From Patescibacteria group bacterium (GTDB taxonomy: Bacteria; Patescibacteriota; Patescibacteriia; UBA10025; JAHIVO01), in NCBI GenBank assembly GCA_041666685.1, contig JBAYGJ010000001.1:31749-95748 (forward strand): a stretch of 64,000 nucleotides of DNA, read 5' to 3'. Made by a program: the position numbers and the translations under genes. The notes below the pieces were generated by a model that worked only from the letters and a program-made list of their open reading frames with translations, was not told the DNA's origin and did not search any database. This document shows, piece by piece, positions 1 to 8,627 of the stretch; within the stretch, counting starts at the first letter, position 1, and the number at the start of each line of letters is the position of its first letter.

Positions 1-402
1 TTCTTTCACCGTCCCAACATTGAACGTCAGCGCTACCTGTTTCTGTTCAGCTGAACCACGTGAAGTAACTTTCGTACACCCATCCAGACTGAAATCACTA
101 GTTGATGCGGCGATATTTACATTCATATTGGAATTGGTATTTCCATTCACATTTGCATTAGTATTCGTGTTGGAATTCTGGTTTACGCTATTCGTATTGC
201 CATTTTCATTTGTATTGATACTGGAAAGTGTGGCGTTGTCGTTCGGTAGGGTCAGGGTCGGAGTCGGCTGTTTTGAAAATATCGAACGGCCAATCAAAAA
301 AACAACAAAAACACTGCCAGCGATAATCAATATCCTGGTCCAGTTAAACGCCGTCTTATCCCCGCGGGGGCGAAAACGCTGGTATTGTTGGTAATTTGCC
401 AT
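1..402 (-). CDS. Partial CDS (N-terminal 134 aa; gene continues past window start): membrane-anchored protein with N/T-rich low-complexity linker
   Basis: The reverse complement of 1-402 reads MANYQQYQRFRPRGDKTAFNWTRILIIAGSVFVVFLIG...NTNSNMNVN...ALTFNVGTVKE with no stop to position 1. AAGGAG lies 9 nt upstream of the ATG. There is one TM helix. The plus-strand ORF 20..394 is its antisense shadow. Confidence 0.5.
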   Translation of the reverse strand, partial: MANYQQYQRFRPRGDKTAFNWTRILIIAGSVFVVFLIGRSIFSKQPTPTLTLPNDNATLSSINTNENGNTNSVNQNSNTNTNANVNGNTNSNMNVNIAASTSDFSLDGCTKVTSRGSAEQKQVALTFNVGTVKE

Positions 403-454
403 ATCATGGTTCTCCTTCTACCCCTATTATAACGGCTTATTGGCAAATAATAAA

Positions 455-484
455 GGGATAAGAAAATGCCGGACTTTCCGGCAT
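455..484 (-). terminator. Rho-independent terminator for the minus-strand B12/RNR transcription unit
   Basis: Perfect 8-bp stem ATGCCGGA/TCCGGCAT with a 3-nt loop (466-484). On the minus strand it is followed by UUUUCUUAU. It lies between the stop of the 500..1042 gene and the start of the next gene. Confidence 0.55.
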
Positions 485-499
485 GTATGTTGTTTTTTA

Positions 500-1042
500 T
501 TATATTGCCCGCTCGACCACCTTTGTTGATACCGGCCTCTTGGACATTGCATACTTCACAAGTTCATACACCCCGAAAAATACCGAAACATAGAAAATGT
601 CACCAAAAAACGTATTCCGGTAAAACGGCACAGCCATCACATAACTCTGTACCAAACCAGCCAATGTTTTGCTGTACAGCGGCGTAAATGCCCATACGGC
701 AAAATTCGTTATGGCATAAAACAATACCGATCCTGCGATCGTGCCTGCCGCGATCCGTCCGACATGCTTGTTTCGACGCACCCACCAACCGATCATGCCA
801 AAAAAGAAGTAACTTCCCCAGGTGAATAATACAAGGTTATGCCAACCGATGATCGAATCGCTCACGACCATGGCAACAAGGGGTATGACCACGCCCCAGC
901 GGGAGCGGACGTACGTTCCGCAAAACAGGGCCAGTGCGCCCATCGGGATAAAATTATACGGGTGCGGAACCAGGCGCATGAGTACCGTCAGCATCACAAA
1001 AACCAATACAGCCAGACTGACAAACCACCGATTGTTTTTCAT
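500..1042 (-). CDS. Multi-pass membrane protein, probable ECF-type vitamin transporter S-component (CbrT-like cobalamin uptake)
   Basis: 180 aa with about 5-6 hydrophobic helices. It sits immediately downstream of a DUF4430 gene (the known CbrT/DUF4430 pairing) and a cobalamin adenosyltransferase. The call comes from context and topology, not from a motif. Confidence 0.4.
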   Translation of the reverse strand: MKNNRWFVSLAVLVFVMLTVLMRLVPHPYNFIPMGALALFCGTYVRSRWGVVIPLVAMVVSDSIIGWHNLVLFTWGSYFFFGMIGWWVRRNKHVGRIAAGTIAGSVLFYAITNFAVWAFTPLYSKTLAGLVQSYVMAVPFYRNTFFGDIFYVSVFFGVYELVKYAMSKRPVSTKVVERAI

Positions 1043-1062
1043 ATATACTTTTTTATCTTTTA

Positions 1063-1572
1063 TTAAAACAGACTGGTTTGAAATTTAAATTCGATGGCAT
1101 CTCCGGGCTGGACAATCTGCCTGTCTACGGCCATGGTGGCTGCTTGGCCGTCGATATAAAACGACCAATACTTGTTATCCTGCCCACCCTTCAGATCCCC
1201 GATGGCATTGACCAGTGTACCCATCTCACCATAATCCTTTGTGTCCAATACCAAGCCGTATATCTGCGCCGCCTGCTTGAGCGCATCAAGCGCCGTACCG
1301 CCAGTCGGTACGCTCAAATCAACACTGACTGAATTACCGCTGCTGCGTGCGATGGTGACTTTTACTTTCACCACCTCAACTCCAGCCACCCGGCCGGCAA
1401 TCGCATTGTGATTACCAACGGCGACTTGGATGTTATTGGTATGGGAGTCCTGGATGGCGATTGCCCGATCAGTCGAATAACTTGAAATAGCCAAAGCAGT
1501 AAGCAATATGACGGCAAAACTTACGACTGCGCTGGCAAACCACCAATGGAACTCCTCCTTATTGTTTTTCAT
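1063..1572 (-). CDS. DUF4430 (transcobalamin-like) domain protein, membrane-anchored
   Basis: There is an N-terminal TM helix. The C-terminal domain carries the YWSFYIDG...GDAIEFKF signature typical of DUF4430 proteins, which are encoded next to cobalamin ECF transporters. Confidence 0.6.
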   Translation of the reverse strand: MKNNKEEFHWWFASAVVSFAVILLTALAISSYSTDRAIAIQDSHTNNIQVAVGNHNAIAGRVAGVEVVKVKVTIARSSGNSVSVDLSVPTGGTALDALKQAAQIYGLVLDTKDYGEMGTLVNAIGDLKGGQDNKYWSFYIDGQAATMAVDRQIVQPGDAIEFKFQTSLF

Positions 1573-1586
1573 AGTATGGCAATTAC

Positions 1587-2132
1587 TTAATAATCTATGG
1601 ACGGCCTGGCGAGTATTCCTTTGGTAAACGGATGCTTGACCATTTGTATATCCGAGACATAATCGGCCAATTGTATTATCTTAGCTGGTGCCTGCCGTCC
1701 TGTCAAAACCAATTCCACATGAGCCGGTTTTCCCTTGATCAAACTCATAACTGACTGTGCGGTTACTAGCCTCTCCTTAATTGCCACATGTATCTCGTCC
1801 AAAATGACAACACCATACCGACCGGATTGTACAGACCGTCTAGCCACTCGTAATGCGCGTTGGGCTGCCTGCTGATGAACACGTAACGGTTTCCGATCAC
1901 CTAATATTTTAACAAACCCCTCGCCGAGTGCCAGGATTTCGAGAAATGGTGCAAGTTTCTTTACGATATCAAGTTCGCCAGAACGCCACGGGCCCTTAAT
2001 GAACTGCACCATCAGCACTTTTTTTCGATAACTGATGGCGCGCAACGCCAAGCCAAGGGCGGCTGTGGTTTTCCCCTTGCCATTGCCCGTATAGACATGC
2101 ACCAAGCCTCTGTCTATCTTTTTAAATTTCAT
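1587..2132 (-). CDS. cobO: cob(I)yrinic acid a,c-diamide / cob(I)alamin adenosyltransferase (CobA/CobO/BtuR family)
   Basis: P-loop-like HVYTGNGKGKTTAALGLALRA. The size (181 aa) and sequence fit the CobA/BtuR family. It is adjacent to the AdoCbl-dependent RNR. Confidence 0.75.
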   Translation of the reverse strand: MKFKKIDRGLVHVYTGNGKGKTTAALGLALRAISYRKKVLMVQFIKGPWRSGELDIVKKLAPFLEILALGEGFVKILGDRKPLRVHQQAAQRALRVARRSVQSGRYGVVILDEIHVAIKERLVTAQSVMSLIKGKPAHVELVLTGRQAPAKIIQLADYVSDIQMVKHPFTKGILARPSIDY

Positions 2133-2147
2133 ATCATCTCAACTATA

Positions 2148-4448
2148 TTATCCGAGACTACAAGCAGAAAACCCGCATTTAGGACACACCGAGCATCCCT
2201 CTTTGATCTCCATGTTCGTCTTGCATTCTGGGCACGTTTCGATCACATGGCTTCGGCGGGCAGCGCTTGCGACCGGGACTTTGACCGACTCACTCGATGT
2301 TTTCACGGTCGGTATAGTTACTGCGCCACTGCGGAGGTCTTCATAATTATAGCTGAATGATTTTTTCGATTCCTTGTGCTTGACTGAGCCGATGTTCAGT
2401 ACCTGTACGTCACGCGATCGGTCCCGGTAAATAGTCACGCCTTTGCATCCTTGCCGGTAAGCCAGCATATACACCTCTTCAACATCCTCAACTTTTGCGT
2501 CATTCGGAAAATTAACCGTTTTGGAAACTGCATTATCAGTAAACTTTTGGAACACGGACTGCATTTTCAGATGCCACTCCGGTGTAATGTCATGGGAAAC
2601 CACAAACAGTCTCTGCCATTTGGCCGGCACTTCATCCATGCCCTGGACTCCGCCATGTTCGGCGATTTTCTTCATAAGTTCTTCAGTAAAAAATCCTTCA
2701 CGGCGGGCAATATATTCAAATAACGGGTTCACTTCAATGAGCTCATTATCATCCATGACATTGCGGATGTACGAGATGGCGAACAGCGGCTCAATTCCAG
2801 ACGAACATCCGGCGATGATGCTGATGGTGCCAGTCGGTGCGATGGTATTGGTCGTTGAATTACGCATCTTCGGCGCACCCGGTTTGTCGAAAATACTCCC
2901 TTCAAAATTCGGAAACTGTCCGCGGTCCTGCGCCAAATCCTGAGACATTATCTTTGATTCATCGGCAATAAATTTCATTATTTTCTCGCCTAATTCCACC
3001 GCTTCCCGGCTGTCATACGGTACGCCCAGCATGATCAATACATCGGCCCATCCCATCAGGCCAAGGCCAATCTTCCTGTTGTCATGCACCATATTGGTAA
3101 TCTGCGGCAGCGGATAGTGGCTCATATCAATGACATTATCCAGAAAATGAATGGCCGTGCGTATGGTCGTGCGCATCTTGTCCCAATCAATCTCCACAGT
3201 TTCACCGACTGAAAAATCACCTTTGACCATCTTGGCCAAATTCAATGAACCGAGATTGCATGCCTCAAATGGCAGTAATGGCTGCTCGCCACATGGATTC
3301 GTGGCTTCCATTTCGCCGACTTTGGGCGTGGGATTATCGTGGTTAATCCGGTCGATAAAAACAATGCCCGGATCCCCATTTTTCCAGGCCAACGTGACAA
3401 TCAGGTCAAATACCTTGCGTGCATTCAACCGGTCCACGACCGTCTTGTCCTTGGGGTTCAACAGGTCGTAGTCAGTGTTCTGTTCGACGGCTTTCATAAA
3501 ATCTTCAGTCACGGCTACGGAAATGTTAAAATTATTCAAACGGTCATTATTCTCCTTGGCGGTAATGAATTCTAAAATATCCGGATGGTCGACCCGCAAA
3601 ATACCCATATTCGCCCCTCGACGGGTGCCACCCTGTTTAATGGTCTCAGTCGCCGCATCAAACACGGTCATGAACGATACCGGTCCTGAGGCCACGCCTT
3701 TCGTTGACATGACGCGGTCGTTTTTTGGGCGGAGCCGCGAAAACGAAAATCCGGTTCCACCGCCTGTTTTATGCACCAAAGCGGTCCATTTCACCGCATC
3801 AAAAATCTCCTCCATGGAATCACCGACCGGCAACACGAAACAGGCCGCCAGCTGCTGAAGTTCCTTGCCCGCATTCATCAATGTCGGGGAATTCGGGACA
3901 AACTCCAGCCGAGAAAGGACCTGATAAAATTCATCCTCAGTTTTTACCAAATCAATTTTCTGGTTCAAAAGCGAATCATACCGGGCGTCAGCTTGGGCGA
4001 TATTGGCGGCTACGCGGCGGAACATCTGAGGCGGTGTTTCAATGACCTTGCCGTTTGGATCCTTGCGCAGATACCGCTTGGAGAGCACGCGCAATGAATT
4101 CACAGACAGATTCGTATCCAGTTCAGGTAGGCCCAAATACGATCCCTTGGCGGCGCGGATCTTCTGGTGCTCTTTTCGATATAAAATATAAGCTTTCGCT
4201 AATTGGATTTGTTTTTCCTTGATCAGGACTTCTTCAACAATATCCTGAATCTGCTCGACTGTCGGGACCGTTGTGCTGTCGTACTTTTTCTCGAGGACGC
4301 CGACCACCTTTTTGCATAGCTTCTCGGCCAGCTTCTGGTCCTCCTGCTGGATGGATACCGTCGCTTTGTAAATTGCGTTTGTGATCTTTTCCAAGTCAAA
4401 CTCCACGACGACGCCCGAACGTTTACGTATCTTGTTTATTTTTACCAT
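2148..4448 (-). CDS. nrdJ: Ribonucleoside-diphosphate/triphosphate reductase class II (adenosylcobalamin-dependent), with N-terminal ATP-cone and C-terminal Zn ribbon
   Basis: 766 aa. It has an N-terminal ATP-cone (VVEFDLEKITNAIYKA). The catalytic core is class II RNR-like (NPCGEQPL..., GLMGWADVL). The C-terminus is CPECKTN...CSVCPKCG. Confidence 0.85.
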   Translation of the reverse strand: MVKINKIRKRSGVVVEFDLEKITNAIYKATVSIQQEDQKLAEKLCKKVVGVLEKKYDSTTVPTVEQIQDIVEEVLIKEKQIQLAKAYILYRKEHQKIRAAKGSYLGLPELDTNLSVNSLRVLSKRYLRKDPNGKVIETPPQMFRRVAANIAQADARYDSLLNQKIDLVKTEDEFYQVLSRLEFVPNSPTLMNAGKELQQLAACFVLPVGDSMEEIFDAVKWTALVHKTGGGTGFSFSRLRPKNDRVMSTKGVASGPVSFMTVFDAATETIKQGGTRRGANMGILRVDHPDILEFITAKENNDRLNNFNISVAVTEDFMKAVEQNTDYDLLNPKDKTVVDRLNARKVFDLIVTLAWKNGDPGIVFIDRINHDNPTPKVGEMEATNPCGEQPLLPFEACNLGSLNLAKMVKGDFSVGETVEIDWDKMRTTIRTAIHFLDNVIDMSHYPLPQITNMVHDNRKIGLGLMGWADVLIMLGVPYDSREAVELGEKIMKFIADESKIMSQDLAQDRGQFPNFEGSIFDKPGAPKMRNSTTNTIAPTGTISIIAGCSSGIEPLFAISYIRNVMDDNELIEVNPLFEYIARREGFFTEELMKKIAEHGGVQGMDEVPAKWQRLFVVSHDITPEWHLKMQSVFQKFTDNAVSKTVNFPNDAKVEDVEEVYMLAYRQGCKGVTIYRDRSRDVQVLNIGSVKHKESKKSFSYNYEDLRSGAVTIPTVKTSSESVKVPVASAARRSHVIETCPECKTNMEIKEGCSVCPKCGFSACSLG

Positions 4449-4466
4449 ACTATTATCAATTAGTAT

Positions 4467-4937
4467 TTATTTTCTTTTCGTTCTCCGATTGCTGATCAGC
4501 TTACGGAGCTCATGTTGGAATGTTTGCGCGTCCTTGAACGACCGATAGACCGAGGCGAAACGGATATACGCAACCTCATCCTTCTTTTTCAGGTGCTTCA
4601 TGATTATTTCACCGATCTGGCTGCTTTTGATCTCCTCTCGGCCGACCATCTGGATGTCTCGTTCGACTTGGCTTACTAGCCGCTTGAATTCGTCCTGGGT
4701 AATAGGACGCTTTTCGAATGATTTTTTTAAACCGGACTCTAGCTTGTCTTTGGCATACGGCTCCCGATGCCCATCACGCTTGATGACGGTAACATTCAGT
4801 ATTTCCGCTTCCTCATAGGTAGAGAAACGAAAGCCGCAGCGCAGGCACCGGCGGCGTCGCCGAATGGCCATGGCGTCATTAACCAGGCGGGAATCACTTA
4901 CTTTAGTGTCCGCATAATGGCAAGCTGGGCATTTCAT
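4467..4937 (-). CDS. nrdR: Transcriptional repressor NrdR
   Basis: MKCPACHYADTKVSDSRLV...CLRCGFRFSTYE Zn ribbon followed by an ATP-cone. It is 156 aa and sits directly upstream of nrdJ. Confidence 0.9.
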   Translation of the reverse strand: MKCPACHYADTKVSDSRLVNDAMAIRRRRRCLRCGFRFSTYEEAEILNVTVIKRDGHREPYAKDKLESGLKKSFEKRPITQDEFKRLVSQVERDIQMVGREEIKSSQIGEIIMKHLKKKDEVAYIRFASVYRSFKDAQTFQHELRKLISNRRTKRK

Positions 4938-5159
4938 AATATCAACATGTAGTACGTCCGATTAACAGTATACTACTAAATATGGATACGGTCAAATAGG
5001 CTAAATTAGCTGAAAATGCTAATTCTGTGGATAACTAGCATCATATTTCAATACATGAGACTCCTGGCGCAATTTTTCGCAGCCAAAACATGGCCGCGGA
5101 AAACAATTTTGGTTGTACTTTTTGTGTTACTGCACGATACCAGCGAAATGTATCGCCTA

Positions 5160-6359
5160 CTACATCATTTTCTTGCGGATAAAAGCCGGTATCTCCAAAT
5201 CATCCTCTTCTGAAATTGTCGGTTCTTTCTTTGGCAACGACGGAACCGGCGGTGGAGTATATGCGGGTCTTTGTTCCGGCACTGATTTTATTTTATTGGA
5301 CGAAAATATCGTTTTTGGCTCCTCACGCTCCACCATGCCGCCAAAACTGATCGGTTTTATCTTTTTCAGGGACTTTTGCTTCCCCCCAAATCCAGTGGCA
5401 ATGACGGTAATCTTTATTTGGTCCTTCATCGCTTCATCGATCACAGCACCAAATATGACACGGGCATTCGGGTCGCCGGACGCAGTAATGATCCGTGCCG
5501 CCTCATTGACTTCATACATACCCAGATCAGGTCCGCCGGTTACAGTGAACAAGATACCCTTAGCCCCTTCTATGGACAACTCAAGCAGCGGACTGTCAAC
5601 TGCGGCTTTGGCCGCGTCGATGGCCCGATTTTCACCGGACCCCTGCCCGATTCCCATCAATGCCGAGCCGGCGCTTTCCATGATGGAACGCACATCGGCA
5701 AAATCAACGTTGATTAGTCCGGGAACGGTAATCAGGTCTGAAATCCCCTGCACACCCTGGCGTAACACTTCATCAACTGTCCCAAACGCATCAAGCAATG
5801 AGGTCTTTTTATCGATGATCTGAAGAATGCGGTCATTCGGGATGGTAATGATCGTATCGACTTTTTCCGTCAATTCCGCCAAGCCAGCTTCAGCGATGCT
5901 TTTCCGCTGTGCCCCCTCAAATGAGAACGGTTTTGTCACGACAGCGACCGTCAAAGCCCCGACATCCTTGGCAATATCCGCAATCAGAGGCGAGGCGCCA
6001 GTCCCCGTTCCGCCGCCCATGCCGCATGTGATGAAAATCATATCCGAACCTTTCAGCAGGTCATGAATCCCGTCCTGGTCCTCCTCTGCAGCCTTCCTCC
6101 CGATCTCAGAATCCATGCCAGCCCCCAAACCGCGCGTCGTGGTCTTGCCGATATGGAGCTTATGGGGGGCTTTTGAATGGTGCAGGGCCTGCGCATCAGT
6201 ATTGATGGCAATAAACTCGACACCACGTATCTTGGTGCTGATCATGCGGTCTATCGCCGCACCGCCGGAACCGCCTACGCCAACGACTTTTATCTTGGCA
6301 AACGTCTCAATGTCAGGTTTAATTTCCATAGTATTCCGATTAGAATTGTAATTTTTCAT
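5160..6359 (-). CDS. ftsZ: Cell division GTPase FtsZ
   Basis: [13 protein letters not shown] and the GGGTGTG tubulin signature. GGGAGGGGG lies 8 nt upstream of the ATG. Confidence 0.95.
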   Translation of the reverse strand: MKNYNSNRNTMEIKPDIETFAKIKVVGVGGSGGAAIDRMISTKIRGVEFIAINTDAQALHHSKAPHKLHIGKTTTRGLGAGMDSEIGRKAAEEDQDGIHDLLKGSDMIFITCGMGGGTGTGASPLIADIAKDVGALTVAVVTKPFSFEGAQRKSIAEAGLAELTEKVDTIITIPNDRILQIIDKKTSLLDAFGTVDEVLRQGVQGISDLITVPGLINVDFADVRSIMESAGSALMGIGQGSGENRAIDAAKAAVDSPLLELSIEGAKGILFTVTGGPDLGMYEVNEAARIITASGDPNARVIFGAVIDEAMKDQIKITVIATGFGGKQKSLKKIKPISFGGMVEREEPKTIFSSNKIKSVPEQRPAYTPPPVPSLPKKEPTISEEDDLEIPAFIRKKMM

Positions 6360-6380
6360 TATATATACCCCCTCCCAACG

Positions 6381-7634
6381 TTACGGCATTAATGATTTAA
6401 ACCATTGCTTCATTTTTGACGTCACTTCCTTGGCAGATGAGAAATTCGGCAATTTAAACCCGCGGCCACTGCTGTCTTTGTCCGATAAACCGGCGCCCCA
6501 ATAGAGGAGCCCGATCGCCGTGGAGTAATTTACGTCATTAACTTTATCAACGGCCGTCGAAGCCAAATCCAGTGGATATCCGAGCGAGGCAGGCAGTTTG
6601 AATTCCCGTTTCGCCACCTCGATCAATCCGGGCAGCTTGGCGCCACCGCCTGTAATAATAACTCCGGCCGGCAGTAATCCGGCCCGATCGATTTTCTGCA
6701 ACTCCTTATCGGCCATTTTGAAAATTTCCTCAGTCCGGGCTTCGATAATCTCCGCAATATGGCGCCGTGATACCACGCCTTCTTCGCGTGAATCAATTTC
6801 TCCGAGGTTAATCTCCTCACGTTTATTTATTTCGTCGGGGACAGCGTTGCCATATTCAATTTTAATCTTTTCAGCCAAATCTATCGATGTTCGCAAACCG
6901 ATGGCGATGTCATTCGTCACATGACTAGACCCGACCGGCAAAATTGCCGTATGCAACACATCGCCTTCCTCAAAAACCAGCAGACTGGTTGTTGATCCGC
7001 CGATATTCAACAGCGCTACACCCAAATCACGCTGCTTTTTTGTCAGGACGGACTCGGCAGAGGCCAAAACACCGAGGACAAGATCATTGATATCGATACC
7101 AGTACGGTAAATGCATTTAGTAATGTTTTTTACTTGAGAAGACAGCCCCTGGATTATCTGGGCGTCAACCTCTAGCCGAATTCCGGTCATACCGACCGGG
7201 TCCTTGATCCCTTTTTGGTTATCAACCGTAAAGCTCCTCGGGATGACATGGAGAATCTCATAATTTGGCGGTGTCGCAACTGCCTGCGCCGCTTCAATTA
7301 CCCGCTCAACATCCTCCTCACGGATCTCACCGTCGGATTTTGATACCGCGATGACCCCATGGCTTTCCTGGGCAGTAATATGGCTGCCATTGATGCCCAC
7401 ATAGGCGTGTTCAACTGGAATACCGGTCATACGCTCAACCTTTTCAAGGGTCGCCGAGATGGAGGAGACGGCGTCTTCGATACTGGTAATCGCACCTTTG
7501 CTCACCCCTTCAGCCGGATGCTCTGCAGCACCCAACACATGAATTTTATTGTCATGCGGATTGACCTGCCCGACCACGATACGGATGGTAGTAGAGCCAA
7601 TATCAAGACCAGTTATGATTTCTTCTTTAGCCAT
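6381..7634 (-). CDS. ftsA: Cell division protein FtsA
   Basis: Actin-like ATPase (GLDIGSTTIRIVVG). The ATG at 7634 (MAKEEIITGLDIG) matches canonical FtsA N-termini. The ORF track gives a longer GTG-start version reaching 7664. Confidence 0.88.
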   Translation of the reverse strand: MAKEEIITGLDIGSTTIRIVVGQVNPHDNKIHVLGAAEHPAEGVSKGAITSIEDAVSSISATLEKVERMTGIPVEHAYVGINGSHITAQESHGVIAVSKSDGEIREEDVERVIEAAQAVATPPNYEILHVIPRSFTVDNQKGIKDPVGMTGIRLEVDAQIIQGLSSQVKNITKCIYRTGIDINDLVLGVLASAESVLTKKQRDLGVALLNIGGSTTSLLVFEEGDVLHTAILPVGSSHVTNDIAIGLRTSIDLAEKIKIEYGNAVPDEINKREEINLGEIDSREEGVVSRRHIAEIIEARTEEIFKMADKELQKIDRAGLLPAGVIITGGGAKLPGLIEVAKREFKLPASLGYPLDLASTAVDKVNDVNYSTAIGLLYWGAGLSDKDSSGRGFKLPNFSSAKEVTSKMKQWFKSLMP

Positions 7635-7795
7635 ATATTTTTTTAACGGAATCCCTATGCGCACTCCAGTTAACCGTCTGTCTGAGCAGCCGTAGAGTGC
7701 GGTTCATTTACCCATATTATAAAGGATTTATATGTAATATGCAAAAGGTCCATTAACACGCGTATTTTTACCAATTTTGGCCTGGTTCTGGAACA

Positions 7796-8164
7796 CTACC
7801 AGGAAACAAAATAAGGCACAAAAATAAGCAAACCGATAACAACCGCCCCGATCGAGGCTACCAGAACTGCGGCAGCCATCACATCCTTGATCACCTCAAC
7901 ATACATATGTATCCGGGGGCTGAGGATGTCGGCGACTTTCTCAAAAATCGTATTGATCAGTTCCAAAGCCAGAACAAACATCATAATCATAAGCAAAATT
8001 ATCGCCTGCCAAAGCGCTACCTCAAAATAGATCATGAAAATGATGACGATCAGGCTGGCCAGGAGGTGCAGGCGGATGTTCTGTTCATTTTTCAGGGCAT
8101 ACCAAAAGCCACGGCCGGCATAACGGAAGCTTTTAATGAGTTTGCGAAAATCAATTAGCGGCAT
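7796..8164 (-). CDS. dgkA: Diacylglycerol kinase / undecaprenol kinase (DgkA family)
   Basis: 122 aa with 3 TM helices. ELINTIFEKVAD and VIKDVMAAAVL align with E. coli DgkA ELLNSAIE / AKDMGSAAVL. Confidence 0.8.
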   Translation of the reverse strand: MPLIDFRKLIKSFRYAGRGFWYALKNEQNIRLHLLASLIVIIFMIYFEVALWQAIILLMIMMFVLALELINTIFEKVADILSPRIHMYVEVIKDVMAAAVLVASIGAVVIGLLIFVPYFVSW

Positions 8165-8183
8165 ACGGAAAAATTACAGTAAA

Positions 8184-8627
8184 TTAGTTGTTCGACAGAT
8201 ACGCGCGCAAAATGCGTTTTTCTAGGCGTTGCATTTTTACCGCAGCCGCATTTCTTATATGGTCATGACCAATCAAATGGAGCCACCCATGAATAAGCAA
8301 AATAATAACTTCTTCCCTGAATGAATGGAGTAATCGTTTTGCCTGCCGCCTCGTATATGGTACCGCAATGACGATTTCACCTACATACCCGGTGGAAATC
8401 ATTTCGGCTTTCTTCACGTCCAATTCTGAAAACGAAAGTACATCAGTGGGACGATCAATGTGCCGGTACTGGCGGTTTAAGCGACGACTGACCGCATCGC
8501 TGACAAAAGCGACCGACACCTCAGCATGGCGATACTGAGGATCCTCTTTGGCGGCCACTGCCATGACACGTTTCACCAGCTTCTCATGGACGCCCGACGC
8601 ATAAAGTTGGTTAACCAGGACCCGCAT
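8184..8627 (-). CDS. ybeY: rRNA maturation endoribonuclease YbeY
   Basis: TDVLSF and the HGWLHLIGHDH metal-binding motif. The start overlaps the upstream stop (ATGA). Confidence 0.85.
   Translation of the reverse strand: MRVLVNQLYASGVHEKLVKRVMAVAAKEDPQYRHAEVSVAFVSDAVSRRLNRQYRHIDRPTDVLSFSELDVKKAEMISTGYVGEIVIAVPYTRRQAKRLLHSFREEVIILLIHGWLHLIGHDHIRNAAAVKMQRLEKRILRAYLSNN

Noticed and set aside
20-394. Plus-strand 124-aa ORF at the window start
   Set aside because: It is the antisense shadow of a well-formed minus-strand gene (1..402), which has an RBS, a TM helix and the N/T-rich theme shared with neighbouring surface proteins. The plus-strand product is low-complexity hydrophobic nonsense.
394-520. 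Looked for a cobalamin riboswitch (B12 box) upstream of the CbrT/DUF4430/adenosyltransferase genes and upstream of nrdR
   Set aside because: No B12-box-like consensus (rAGYCMGgAgaCCkGCc) or characteristic multi-stem leader was visible. The genes are tightly packed and apparently co-transcribed with nrdJ. Only a terminator hairpin is present at 455-484.
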